This document shows, in pieces, positions 9,703-19,614 of a DNA stretch of 64,000 nt (within the stretch, counting starts at the first letter, position 1; the number at the start of each line of letters is the position of its first letter). The notes under the pieces were generated by a model. The model was not told the DNA's origin and made no database searches. It was given only the letters and a program-made list of their open reading frames with translations. A program made the position numbers and the translations under genes. The stretch is from an uncultured Actinomycetes bacterium (GTDB lineage Bacteria > Actinomycetota > Actinomycetes > S36-B12 > CAIYMF01): positions 3,425-67,424 of the forward strand of contig CAVQQP010000003.1 of NCBI GenBank assembly GCA_963714995.1, given 5' to 3'.

Positions 9703-10344
9703 TCAGCGCACCAGGCCCACGACGTCCCAGTCCCAGGAGTGGTGCTGGTAGGTCATCTGCATTCCGTCCGCCTCGGCCGCGGCGATCATGGCCGCAGGGG
9801 CGTGGACGTAGCCGCGGAACGTGTTGCCCCGGAGTCGGTGGGCGAGGTTCTCCGACCAGGTCACCGTCCTGGTCACCGGGTTGTCCGGCGGGTGGCTGTA
9901 CACGAGCAGCCGGGTGGCGTGCTGCGCGGCTGCGTTGAGCAGCCCGAGGTAGTCGGGGTAGCAGCACACGACGCGGTGCAGGATCACGACGTCGGCGGAC
10001 TGGACCCGGTGCGGTTCCCGGGCGATGTCGAGGAAGCGCCGGTCCACCCGCCCGGCGAGGCCGGAGTCGGCCAGCAGCCGAGCCGCCTCGTCCTCGTACT
10101 GTGTGGACAGCTCCAGGTTCGTGATGTGCGACGCTCCGCGGCGCAGCAGCTCGACCTGGATCTGACCGACGCCGCCACCGATCTCCAGGACCGAGGCGCC
10201 CTGCACCCCCTGGTCGGTCACGAACTGGACGATCCGGGTCGCCGCTGGGGTCAGCCCGTGGGTCCGATACCGCTTCGCGGTCCGTCGGGCGAACCGGCGC
10301 GTGAAGACCGATTGGAGGTCGTCGGGATCGCAGCAGTCCGCCAT
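9703..10344 (-). CDS. class I SAM-dependent methyltransferase
   Basis: Motif I 'VLEIGGGVGQIQVELL', 'ADVVILHRVVC'. Confidence 0.8.
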   Translation of the reverse strand: MADCCDPDDLQSVFTRRFARRTAKRYRTHGLTPAATRIVQFVTDQGVQGASVLEIGGGVGQIQVELLRRGASHITNLELSTQYEDEAARLLADSGLAGRVDRRFLDIAREPHRVQSADVVILHRVVCCYPDYLGLLNAAAQHATRLLVYSHPPDNPVTRTVTWSENLAHRLRGNTFRGYVHAPAAMIAAAEADGMQMTYQHHSWDWDVVGLVR

Positions 10345-10509
10345 GCCAGCAGTATCAGCCCGGGAGGGCCGAGATCAACCAGGGAGGGAATGCGACCCGT
10401 CGGTGAACGTTGGGCGAACTCCGCTGTCGGGGGCCCGTCCTTGGACGGAACGCCGGTCAATAGCGTTGTAGTTTCTGCTGATCACCGGCTCCGAGTGTGA
10501 AGGACAGTC

Positions 10510-10911
10510 ATGAGTCACCCGACCCCCCAGGACCTCCTCCGTGTGCCCTTGTTCGCCGACCTGCCGGCTGAGTCGGCAGAGGTGCTCGCGCCCCGGTTCG
10601 ACATCGAGGAGTACGACTCGGGGCGACGGGTGGTGCTCGAGGGAACTTCGGGGTACGCCTTCTACGTTCTGGACGCGGGGCAGGTCTCAGTCACTCATGA
10701 GGGCCAGGAGCTGCGGACACTTGGCGCGGGGGACTTCTTCGGCGAGATCGCCATCCTCGGTGGGGGGCGACGTACGGCGACCGTGACGGTCACCGAGCCA
10801 GCCACGGTGTGGAAGATGTTCGGCACCGCGTTCCGTGAGCTGGAGAAGATCCGTCCGGATGTGAGCGCCGCGCTCCAGGAAGCGATGCGTCAGCGGCTGG
10901 CCACGGGGTAG
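10510..10911 (+). CDS. stand-alone cyclic-nucleotide-binding domain protein
   Basis: 'GDFFGEIAILGGGRRTATVTV' phosphate-binding cassette. ATG is preceded by GAAGGA. Confidence 0.8.
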   Translation: MSHPTPQDLLRVPLFADLPAESAEVLAPRFDIEEYDSGRRVVLEGTSGYAFYVLDAGQVSVTHEGQELRTLGAGDFFGEIAILGGGRRTATVTVTEPATVWKMFGTAFRELEKIRPDVSAALQEAMRQRLATG

Positions 10912-10955
10912 TCGCCGCCGTTGATGGAGGGCCTGATGCCGCCGGTGCCGGAGCC

Positions 10956-12566
10956 TCACCCGTTGTCAGGGTCGGGCTGGCACACCGTTCCCTCTGCCGG
11001 CAGCGTGCCCTCCAGGAAGTAGGCGTCCACGGCCCTGTCGATGCAGGTCGACCCGCTCATGTAGGCCAGATGCCCATCGCCGTCGTAGCTGAGCAGCGTG
11101 GCGGTGTCGAGCTCGCCGGCCACCTGTACGCCCCACTCGTACGGCGTGGCGGGGTCGTACTTCGTGCTCACGACAAGGATCGGTGCCGAGCCCTCGGCCC
11201 GGAACACCGGTGGCTCGCCGGCCGCCTCAGCTGTTCCCGCCCCCATCGGGTACTGCCAGCAGGGCAGGTTGCCCCACGCCATGTACGGACCGAACACCGG
11301 CGCTTCCGCCGCCCACTGCTCGGCAAGCTCAGCCGCGTGGTCCACGCCTCCCACACCCGGCCGGTCCAGGCAGTTCACGGCGTAGATGGCCTCGTTGCCG
11401 TTGTTGGCGAATGTCCCATCCGGGTTGCGGTCCGTCCGGTAGTCCATCATCTCCATCAGCACGCTTCCGTCGCCTGCGAAGGCCGCGTCGAGGCCGAACC
11501 TCAGCACCTCCCAGTCGATGGGCGGGGCGTAGAGGTAGCTCGGATGGCGAACGTCCCGAGCGCTTCGGTGAGCACGCGATCGCCCATGCCGGGCAGTGGG
11601 CTCTGGTCGAGATCGGCCAGGAACTGCTGGATCCGCGCCACCCCGGCGTCCACATCGCGCGGTAGCGGGCAGTCCTCCTGCGTGATGCAGTCCTCGACGA
11701 ACCTCCTGAGCGCGAGATCGAAGCCCTTGGCCTGGCCGAATGTTGATCTCGTCGGAGTCCAGCGAGCTGGGCAGCACACCGTCGAGGACGACCCTGCCGA
11801 CCCGCTCCGGGAACAGTTCCGCGTACTGGGCGCCCAGGAAGGTGCCGTAGCTCTTGCCCAGGTAGGTCAGCTTCTCGTCACCGAGGACCGCGCGAAGGAT
11901 GTCCATGTCGCGCGCCGCGGACTCGGTGTCCATGTGAGGGGCGATCCCGGGCGACCTCGCCTTGCAGCCCATGCCGATCAGTTTCGACTGTGCGGCCAGG
12001 TCGGTGACCTCCTGCGGCGTGTCCGGCGTCCCGTCCGTGGCCATGTACGTGTCGAGCTGGGGGTCATCGAGGCAGTCCACCGGGTCCGAGCGCACCACTC
12101 CACGTGGGTCGAATCCGACCACGTCGTACGCGCTGTAGAGCGGGCGAGTGAGGACCCCCCGCGCGGCACGTGCGTAGTCCACACCCGATGCTCCTGGCCC
12201 GCCCGGGTTGAGGATCAGGGAGCCCCGCGGGTTCTTCACCGTGCGTCGCAGGACCGAGAGCTCGGTGCTGCCGTCACCGGGCTTCGCGTAGTCCAGGGGG
12301 ACTCTGATCGTGGCGCACTCGAACGTCTCCTTGCTCTGCTCGGAGAACTCGTCGTCGGTGGGGCACCCCTCCCAGCGGACCTCCTGGCCGTAGAAGGAGG
12401 CGAGGTCGTCGTCGGATGATGCCGATGCGGAGGAGGTCGGCGTCGCACTGACCGCCGGCGGCGGTTCGGGATCCGACGTGCAGGCGGCGAGCGCGACGAG
12501 GGCCGCTGCGCCGGCGGCCAACACCCGGGCTGGACGTGACACCACAGGATCCTCCCTGACCTTCAT
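10956..12566 (-). pseudogene. secreted Hip1/CaeA-like (tripeptidyl-aminopeptidase family) alpha/beta hydrolase lipoprotein, with an internal compensated frameshift
   Basis: Lipobox 'LVALAACTS', 'NPGGPGASG', 'YLGKSYGTFLG', C-terminal 'VVSTKYDPATPYEWG'. Codons between about 11741 and 11550 are out of frame. The conserved 'GQAKGFDLALRRFVEDC..DCPLP...LTEALGTFAI' is read only in the frame of ORF 11501..11779. Confidence 0.75.
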
Positions 12567-12630
12567 CCTGACGGATCCGTCGTTGGTCGGCAATGGTCGG
12601 AGCTCTCGGGGCGTCGTGGTCGCCTTCCGC

Positions 12631-13245
12631 CTACATCCGGTCCATGTCGAAGCCGGTGACGGGATCCCCGGCGCGTTCGTAGACCAGCCAGGTGGCGCCC
12701 TTCGGGAACCCCTGCGGCGGCTGTGCGCGGCGGAACGCGGCCGGCACGCCGGTGCCGTCGGCGAAGAGTCGTTTGCCTGACCCGAACGTCAGCGGGTAGA
12801 GGAAGAGGTTGAGCCGGTCGACGAGGTCGGCCTCGAGCAGGGACCGGACGAGGTGGCCGCTGCCGATCACATGGATCTCGTCGAAGCGGTCCTTGAGGGC
12901 CCGCACCTGGGTGACCTCGGCCAGTGCGGTGGTGCCCTCCCACGCCGGGTCGGTCACCGAGCGCGAGACGACGAACTTCGGCACGGCGTTGAGCTTCGCC
13001 GCGATGGGGAAGGTGTCGCCCTTGGTCGGCCAGTAGCCCGCGAAGATGTCGTAGGTCCTGCGTCCGAGCAGCAGGGCGTCCATCCGGTCGATGCCGGCGC
13101 TGATCGCCGCGCCGGACTCCTCGTCGGTGTACGGGCCCTGCCAGCCGCCGAACGCGAAGCCACCCTCGCGGTCCTCGTCGGGCCCGCCGGGCGCCTGGTA
13201 CACGCCGTCGAGGGTGATGAACAGGTCGGCAGAGATGATTCCCAT
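12631..13245 (-). CDS. dihydrofolate reductase family protein (RibD C-terminal domain)
   Basis: 'MGIISADLFITLDGV...LLLGRRTYDIFAGYWP...IHVIGSGHLVRSLL'. This is only the last 204 codons of the 677-aa ORF; the rest is shadow ORF. Confidence 0.8.
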   Translation of the reverse strand: MGIISADLFITLDGVYQAPGGPDEDREGGFAFGGWQGPYTDEESGAAISAGIDRMDALLLGRRTYDIFAGYWPTKGDTFPIAAKLNAVPKFVVSRSVTDPAWEGTTALAEVTQVRALKDRFDEIHVIGSGHLVRSLLEADLVDRLNLFLYPLTFGSGKRLFADGTGVPAAFRRAQPPQGFPKGATWLVYERAGDPVTGFDMDRM

Positions 13246-13271
13246 GCGTGCTCCTTCGCCTTCTTGGTACC

Positions 13272-13733
13272 TCAGTCCTCGATGACGTCGAGACCTTGTT
13301 CGCGCAGCTGCGCCAGGTGGTCGAGCATGGTCCTGAGCGCCTCGGGGTCGTGGCCCTGCCACTCGACGAGCTCGGCGATGATGCGCAGCGGGTGACGGGT
13401 CCGGTAGGACTGCGTCGGGTTTCCCGGGAATCGCTTGTTGGTCACGTTGGGATCGTCCTCGAACGGGCCGAGGGGCTCGACGACGTAGATGTGCCCCCGT
13501 TCGCTGCTGCCCGCAAGCGCAGTGGCCAGCTCGGCTCCCCAGGCCGCGGTCTCCACCAGCGCGGTGAAGTAGATGTTGTTGGACACCCGGCCCCCCTGGT
13601 AGTTGGAGCCGTACCCGGCAACCAGTTCCTCGCCGACCTGCAGGGCGGTCTTCGTGCCGTGGTAGAACGGGCCCTCGATGTGGGCGCAGTTGTCGTGGGT
13701 GACCGGGATGTGGGTGTCGGCGGGCTCGCCCAT
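13272..13733 (-). CDS. arr: NAD+--rifampin ADP-ribosyltransferase
   Basis: Near-colinear with the Arr family: 'HDNCAHIEGPFYHGTK', 'NIYFTAL.E.A.WGAELA', 'YVVEP.GPFEDDPNVTNKRFPGNPTQSYRT', C-terminal 'GLDVIED'. Confidence 0.9.
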   Translation of the reverse strand: MGEPADTHIPVTHDNCAHIEGPFYHGTKTALQVGEELVAGYGSNYQGGRVSNNIYFTALVETAAWGAELATALAGSSERGHIYVVEPLGPFEDDPNVTNKRFPGNPTQSYRTRHPLRIIAELVEWQGHDPEALRTMLDHLAQLREQGLDVIED

Positions 13734-14031
13734 GGCTGTCGCTCCTCGTTCGTCCGCGACTGCCGGGATCAGCCACGTCGGCGGCTTGCTGCCGCAGCGT
13801 AGCGCCCCCGGTGAGCGGGACGGCTGCCGCGCCGGCAAGGGCCCCGTGTGACCGCGGCAGGCTCAGGCGCGCCGCAGCAGGCGGCTGACGGTCTGGCGCC
13901 CGTTGGTCATGGGCTGCTGCCCGAACGTGACGAGCGGGTGCTGTTGGAGGCTGCGGATCGAGTGTCTCCCGTGCGAGGCCAAGGGAATCGTGGGCGCGAC
14001 ACCCCTGCCGTCGCGGCGCACACTCTGCGAC

Positions 14032-14991
14032 ATGGCACTGCCGACGGGGATGACGCTGCGCCAGCAGACTACTTCCGACATCGCGGCGATGGTCGGGCTC
14101 GTCGATGAGGTGTGGTCGGTCCTGTACGGGCGAACCGGCTACTACACGGCTGATGGTATGGCGCTGGGGCTGGCGCGTCCTCTGCGGGATCCCGAGCGGG
14201 ACAACCCCGCCATCTTCGCCGGCGACCGGATGATTGCATGGGCCGCACTGCAGGCGTGGCCACCGATGAGCGAGGTCGTCTGCCCGATCGTTGTCGACCT
14301 GGCTCTGTCCCCGCGTGACCGATCCGCAGCGATCGATGCCCTGACGATGGCCCTCCAGGATGCCGCCCGCGCCCGTCTCGCGGATGCGGATCCGCACCTC
14401 GAGAGGGTGTTCGGCGTGAGCGTCCCCACCCGCGACACGGGGTTGCGCGACCATGTGAGCGCGCTGGGGTGGACGCTGCTGCGCACCTACTTCGAGCTGG
14501 AGATCGACCTGACCGATGGCTCGTTCCCGGAGATCGAATGGCCCGCGGGCATGACGGTCCGGACGTTCGCCGACGCCGCGGTCGTCGAGCCGACGATCGC
14601 CGTGATGTGCGACGCATTCGCCGACCACCACGGTGACAGCCCGCCGCCGGATGAGTGGCGTCACATGCTGACCGCCCCGATGGTCCTGGCCGACGTCAGC
14701 TACCTGCTCAGTGACTCCGACGGGCCGGTGGCGGGCCTGGTCAGCTCCGACCTCGGAGACGGTGAGGGCTACATCGGAGCCGTCGGCGTGCGCCGCCGGG
14801 GCCGAGGGCGGGGGGCGGCAACGGCCATGCTGCGCCAGTCATTCCACGACCTGGCCGCTGCCGGGTTCCCCACCGCCAAGCTGGATGTCGATGGTGAGAG
14901 CGCAACCGGCGCCCTCGGGCTCTACGAGCGGGCCGGGATGTCGGTGCGTGTCGCCCAGGAGGCCTGGGTGACACCCCTGCACCTGGCGTAG
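14032..14991 (+). CDS. two-domain GNAT acetyltransferase (mycothiol synthase MshD-like)
   Basis: Two GNAT halves. The C-terminal half has 'IGAVGVRRRGRGRGAATAML' (Q/RxxGxG/A) and 'LDVDGESATGALGLYERAGM'. Start at MALPTGM (14032). Confidence 0.7.
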   Translation: MALPTGMTLRQQTTSDIAAMVGLVDEVWSVLYGRTGYYTADGMALGLARPLRDPERDNPAIFAGDRMIAWAALQAWPPMSEVVCPIVVDLALSPRDRSAAIDALTMALQDAARARLADADPHLERVFGVSVPTRDTGLRDHVSALGWTLLRTYFELEIDLTDGSFPEIEWPAGMTVRTFADAAVVEPTIAVMCDAFADHHGDSPPPDEWRHMLTAPMVLADVSYLLSDSDGPVAGLVSSDLGDGEGYIGAVGVRRRGRGRGAATAMLRQSFHDLAAAGFPTAKLDVDGESATGALGLYERAGMSVRVAQEAWVTPLHLA

Positions 14992-15101
14992 CCGCGACGA
15001 GGTGGCGCCCGGGACGTCCAGCCCTGCCGCTGCACCCACCTCGCTGGCACGCTTGAGGTGTGGGCGGAGCCCCCTGCCTCGGGCGACTTCACCCGAACTG
15101 A

Positions 15102-15884
15102 GTGGGGATGGTGGTGATGATCAGGCGCCGAGGAGTCCACGCGGCAGTCACGATCTGCGTCGCGCTCATGGCGGTCGCGGGGTGCGCCACCGGGGACGGC
15201 GGCAGCGGGACGACTCCGATGCCCAGCGCGCTGGCGACGGTGTCCGCGGCCGAGTGGGCGATCGCCAGCCTGCTGCCCGCCGCGGCGGTCCCACCGGCGC
15301 CCCCTGGTGACACCCTCGTCGACGCGCTGGAGCCCGCCGAGGTCACGGGGGTGATCGGTGAACCTTCCCGCCAGGTGATGACCTGCACGCCCCTGGAGTT
15401 GTTGATGGATGATCCGGGTCCAGCTGAGCCCGCCGCGGCCGGTGCGGCATCGTCGGGGTTTGTGACCGGGGTGGCCCAAGTGGACCAGTACGCGGTCGTG
15501 TACACCGACGAGGCCGCGGCGCAGCGGGCGGTGGCCCGGTCCCAAGTCGGTGCGCAGGACTGCCAGGCAGCGTTCGCGGTGCACTCACCAGACGCGGACG
15601 CCGAGGCGATCATCCTCACGGCACCGGCAGCGGTCGACGGCTTCCGCGTGCACGCGATCTACACCTACCAGGACACCGGCTACACCTCGGACGAAGTCAG
15701 CGCGGTGCTGCGGTCCGGGGCGACGGTCCTGTACCTGCGGGCCAACGAGGCGGGCGCGCCGGAGGGCGCGACCTGGGAGACCGACGGCATCCTCGACCCC
15801 ACATGGTCCGACCAGCTGGTCGCGGCGGCGGCCGAGCACCTCGTTGACTGCTGCTCGCCGCCCGACAGGGGTGCCACGTCGTAG
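15102..15884 (+). CDS. putative secreted lipoprotein, unknown function
   Basis: Signal plus lipobox 'VTICVALMAVAGCATG'. No catalytic motif seen. Confidence 0.6.
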   Translation: MGMVVMIRRRGVHAAVTICVALMAVAGCATGDGGSGTTPMPSALATVSAAEWAIASLLPAAAVPPAPPGDTLVDALEPAEVTGVIGEPSRQVMTCTPLELLMDDPGPAEPAAAGAASSGFVTGVAQVDQYAVVYTDEAAAQRAVARSQVGAQDCQAAFAVHSPDADAEAIILTAPAAVDGFRVHAIYTYQDTGYTSDEVSAVLRSGATVLYLRANEAGAPEGATWETDGILDPTWSDQLVAAAAEHLVDCCSPPDRGATS

Positions 15885-16069
15885 GGCCCGGGCGGCTCGG
15901 TCGAACGACGCCTCCGGGGCGCATGCGATCAGCGCCACCGCGAACCGGGTGTCCATTTCCACGCGGATGCACCTTCCACATCCCTGTGCTGCGGGGGGTG
16001 ATGCAGCACCAACGCGTGATAGGATTCGAACACCAGTTCGAACAAGGGGAGCGATCAAAGGGGGAGCGG

Positions 16070-17608
16070 ATGCAGGTCGATGGTTCGTCGACCACCCGCA
16101 CGTGGGCTGTCGCACCGGCGGCTGAGGGACAGCTGGATCCGGAGGCTCACGCGGCGCGCGAGGCGCGGTTCAGTGCGCTGATGCGCGCATGGTGGCTCGA
16201 CGAGCGCCCGGGGTGGACCGAGCCCGACTGGTGGGACGTCTCGATGCGTGACGACGTGCGCGGCCTGCTCTGGCTTCCTGCCGGTCCGCAGCTGGCGCAG
16301 AGCCTCGACGTCATCGGGCGCGTCGCGCTGTGCAGCGGCCCGCACCCGGACGAGCCTGGGGTCCCGACTCCGACCCCCGGCCGGCGCCCGGGGTGGCCCT
16401 GCGCCTGCATGGTGGTGCTGGCGGCCGCGTGGGAGGCCTGCGGCGCCTGGGCGGCAGCGGGAGCAGCGTGCGCCCTGGTCGACTGTGCAGGGCCCCAGGA
16501 GGTCGTCTTCAGCGTCCCGGAGATCGGCCTGCGCGTCAGCGACCCAGCCCGGGAGGAGCTCGCCAGCGCCTTGCGCACCTCGTTGGGCTCGGCGGCCAAT
16601 CGGATTGCGGGTGCCCGCGACCTGGTGGCCCACCCGCGCCTGGTGGAGTTGGTCTCGTCAGCGACGATCTCCGCGTGGGCTGCTCGCCTGGTCGTCCGCG
16701 AGGTGGAAGCCCTCGACGACGACCAGGCGGCGGAGGTGGTCGAGCACGTGTGCGCCCAGGTGCTCCAGCGTCGTGACTCGGGGCGGCGCTCGTGGACGTC
16801 GGCCGAGGTCGGCCGGGCGGCGCGCCGGGCCCGGCTGCGGGTGTGCCCCGACGCCGATCAGGAGGTCAGGCGCAGGGCCTTCGCGGGTCGGCGCGTTCAG
16901 ATCCTTCCGGATCGCGATGGAATGGCCACGCTCGTCGCGGACCTCGATGCCACGGACGCCCACCGCATCCATCGTCGGCTGTCGGCGATCGCCACCGGCC
17001 TGTCCGACCCCACCGACTCCCGGACCCGAGACCAGGTCCGCGCTGACGTCCTGGTCGACCTCCTCCTCGGAGCGCCCGTGGGACGACGGAATGGTTCGGC
17101 GGGGGAGGAGCCCGCCCCCATCGGGAGCCAGACCCGCCCCGAGATCTCAGTCGTCATTGCGCTGTCGGACCTCCTCGGCGTGACCCACCATCCCGCCCAC
17201 GTCCCGGGCTTGGGGCCGATCCCTGCAGATCTCGCCAGAGCACTGGCCGCCGATGCCACCTGGCGTGCCTGGATCACGGATGCGTCCGGAGCGGTGGTCG
17301 CCACGGGCACGCGCAACTACGTCCCCTCGGCCGCTCTCGCCCGGCTGGTCCGAGCACGCGAGCCGGTGTGTCGGATGCCCGGCTGTCGTCAGGCTGCGAG
17401 CCGATGCGACCTGGACCACACGGTGCCCTTCCCGGCCGGTTCGACGTCTGCAGCGAACCTCGGCCCGCTGTGCCGGCGCCACCACGTGCTGAAGACCCAT
17501 GTCGGGTGGACCCTCGATCCGGAGGACCCAGGCGCCTGGCGGTGGCGGACCCCGGCGGGGTTCACCATCCGGGACCATCCCGATCCGCCGCTCGAGGGTG
17601 ATCCCTGA
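16070..17608 (+). CDS. DUF222 / HNH endonuclease domain protein (13E12-repeat type)
   Basis: C-terminal 'CRMPGCRQAASRCDLDHTVPFP...GPLCRRHHVLKTHVGW' HNH motif. N-terminal start is uncertain (16001 or 16070). Confidence 0.8.
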   Translation: MQVDGSSTTRTWAVAPAAEGQLDPEAHAAREARFSALMRAWWLDERPGWTEPDWWDVSMRDDVRGLLWLPAGPQLAQSLDVIGRVALCSGPHPDEPGVPTPTPGRRPGWPCACMVVLAAAWEACGAWAAAGAACALVDCAGPQEVVFSVPEIGLRVSDPAREELASALRTSLGSAANRIAGARDLVAHPRLVELVSSATISAWAARLVVREVEALDDDQAAEVVEHVCAQVLQRRDSGRRSWTSAEVGRAARRARLRVCPDADQEVRRRAFAGRRVQILPDRDGMATLVADLDATDAHRIHRRLSAIATGLSDPTDSRTRDQVRADVLVDLLLGAPVGRRNGSAGEEPAPIGSQTRPEISVVIALSDLLGVTHHPAHVPGLGPIPADLARALAADATWRAWITDASGAVVATGTRNYVPSAALARLVRAREPVCRMPGCRQAASRCDLDHTVPFPAGSTSAANLGPLCRRHHVLKTHVGWTLDPEDPGAWRWRTPAGFTIRDHPDPPLEGDP

Positions 17609-17645
17609 GTGCGCCGGCACCCCGAGCCTGGCCGGCGACACCGTC

Positions 17646-17701
17646 GGGGTCAGGTGCCCGGGGTCAGGTGTCCGGGGTCACGTGTCCGGGGTCACGTGTC
17701 C
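17646..17701. repeat. 4 x 14-nt tandem repeat GGGGTCA(G/C)GTG(C/T)CC
   Basis: Read directly: ggggtcaggtgccc / ggggtcaggtgtcc / ggggtcacgtgtcc / ggggtcacgtgtcc. It lies between convergent genes and overlaps the last codons of the SDR gene. Confidence 0.9.
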
Positions 17702-18555
17702 GGACGCAGGATTGCCGGGGCCTCCGCGAGGTGGAATCCCTCGAACGCCTGGTTCGGTCCGCTGCCCACCATCGGCCAGACGCGCTTGGCGTTCGGCGCG
17801 GCCCCGTCCACCCGCAGGCAGGCGCCCGAGACGAACGCGGCTGCTGGCGAGAGCAGGAACACGATCGCGGCCGAGACCTCGCTCTCGGTGCCGAACCGGT
17901 TCAGCGGCACGCTCTTGGGCAGGCCCATGATCAGTGGCTTCATCTCGGGCGGGTAGTTGTCCATCCCGCTGGAGGCGATCCACCCGGGCGCCACGGCGTT
18001 GACCCGTACCGGCGCCCACTCCAGCGACGCGGTCTCGGTGAAGTTCAGCATCCCCGCGCGAGCTGCCCCGGAGTGACCCATGCCCGGCATGCCGTTCCAC
18101 ATGTCGGCGATGATGTTGACGATCGCCCCGCCGTGGCTGAGCATCCACTGCGTGTAGCACTCGCGTGCCACCAGGAAGCCGCCGGTGAGGTTCGTGCGCA
18201 CCACGGCGTCCCAGCCCTTGGCGCTGATCGCGGCCAGGGGTGCGGGGAACTGCCCACCGGCGTTGTTGACCAGGCCGTCGAGGCGCCCATGGGCCGACAG
18301 CGTGTCGGCGACGGTGGTCCTGACCTGTGCCTCGTCGCGGATGTCGCACTCGTGGATGCTGGCGGTGCCGCCCTCCGCCTCGATCTCGTCCCGGACCCTC
18401 TCGAGCTTGCCCCGCGCTCGCCCGACCAGCGCGACCGCGGCGCCCAGGGAGGCCAGCTCATGTGCTGTGCACCGACCGATCCCCGAGCCGGCCCCGGTCA
18501 CCAGCACGACCTGATCGGTGAAGAGCCCCTCGCGGTAGATCGACCCGTACCCCAT
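17692..18555 (-). CDS. SDR family oxidoreductase
   Basis: 'VVLVTGAGSGIGR' Rossmann motif, 'LVNNAGG'. Confidence 0.85.
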   Translation of the reverse strand: MGYGSIYREGLFTDQVVLVTGAGSGIGRCTAHELASLGAAVALVGRARGKLERVRDEIEAEGGTASIHECDIRDEAQVRTTVADTLSAHGRLDGLVNNAGGQFPAPLAAISAKGWDAVVRTNLTGGFLVARECYTQWMLSHGGAIVNIIADMWNGMPGMGHSGAARAGMLNFTETASLEWAPVRVNAVAPGWIASSGMDNYPPEMKPLIMGLPKSVPLNRFGTESEVSAAIVFLLSPAAAFVSGACLRVDGAAPNAKRVWPMVGSGPNQAFEGFHLAEAPAILRPDT

Positions 18556-18579
18556 GTGTCCTCCTGCGCCGCCGGTCCG

Positions 18580-19488
18580 TCAGGCGGATCGTAGCGGTGC
18601 GCCGTCGGCCTGCAGCTCGCCTGCCAGTCGGCGCTCGCCCGCCATCCGGGCGGGGGAGGCCACCAGGGCGACCCGCAGCACCCGCAGCGCGGCATCGGCT
18701 CCCGCGACATCCAGCCCACCGAAGCGGGGAGTCGACCCGAGCATCCCCAGAGCCCAGTCCGGCTGGGTCGCCCACGCAGCGCGCGCCAGCACCCGGTAGC
18801 CGGGACGCAGGGCGAGGGGGAGGGGCGCATTGGTCACGAAGTCGTGGGTCCGGCCCACCAGGTCATCGACGCGCAGCTCCGGCTGGAAGCCGGCGAAGCA
18901 CTCCGCGAGCTCGGCCTGGGTCCGGGGCGGCCGCACCACGCCCATCCGCTCGCCGACCACCGCCATGTCGGACACGTACGCATCGGGGTCGATCGCCCCC
19001 TCCCGGCCCAGGTGCAGGTAGGCCGACAGCATCGAGTCGACCAGGGCGATGTGCACCCACTCGAGCAGGCGCGGGTCCCCGGCGGAGTAGGGGCGACCGT
19101 CCGAGGCGGTGCCCTGCACGCGTCGGTGCATCACGCGGACGGCGTCGACCGTCTGCTGGGCGAGGTCCGCCGACCCGTAGGTCGTGGCGGCCAGGAAGGC
19201 GCCCGTGCGCTGCAGCCGTCCGAAGGGATCCTCGCGGTAGGTCGAGTGCCGATCGACACCGGCGAGGGCCAGCGGGTGCAGTGCCTGCAGGTACAGGCTG
19301 CGGATCCCGCCGACGAATGTGGCCACCGATCCGTGGACGGTCCAGATCGCATCGCCGGGCGCGAACCACCCCGGCGCACCGGGGGGCCGGGCGATGGCGC
19401 GGGCGATGTCGGACTGGCCGTCGGCGCGCCCGGACAGCACCTCACGCACGGATGCGGCCAAGGGGCTCAGGAGGGTGCTGGTGGGCAT
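18580..19488 (-). CDS. MpaB/DUF2236-type oxygenase family protein
   Basis: Family-like pattern 'LALAGVDRHSTYREDPFGRLQRTGAFL...RVMHRRVQG...YSAGDPRLLEWVH'. This is a recollection-level match. Confidence 0.65.
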   Translation of the reverse strand: MPTSTLLSPLAASVREVLSGRADGQSDIARAIARPPGAPGWFAPGDAIWTVHGSVATFVGGIRSLYLQALHPLALAGVDRHSTYREDPFGRLQRTGAFLAATTYGSADLAQQTVDAVRVMHRRVQGTASDGRPYSAGDPRLLEWVHIALVDSMLSAYLHLGREGAIDPDAYVSDMAVVGERMGVVRPPRTQAELAECFAGFQPELRVDDLVGRTHDFVTNAPLPLALRPGYRVLARAAWATQPDWALGMLGSTPRFGGLDVAGADAALRVLRVALVASPARMAGERRLAGELQADGAPLRSA

Positions 19489-19614
19489 GGGACAAGGGTG
19501 CGGCAGGAGCCCGCGGGTCGCATCTGCGGGCAGGTGCAGGAGTCAGGGACCGGGTCGCCCGACGGGAGCGCCGACGGGAGGGCGCCCGGCCCGCGCACGT
19601 GCCACCATGGAGCC

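Noticed and set aside
13246-14664. Upstream ~470 codons of the 677-aa ORF 12631..14664
   Set aside because: They overlap arr in another frame and the GNAT gene in antisense. Only the C-terminal 204 codons match the DHFR family.
16015-16050. 'ggattcgaacaccagttcgaac' resembling a tRNA T-arm
   Set aside because: No acceptor or anticodon stems can be folded around it. It lies in the 5' region typical of DUF222 genes.
15923-17608. DUF222/HNH gene as evidence of a prophage or mobile element
   Set aside because: No integrase, transposase, terminal repeats or phage genes are adjacent. This family is a common chromosomal multi-copy gene in actinobacteria.
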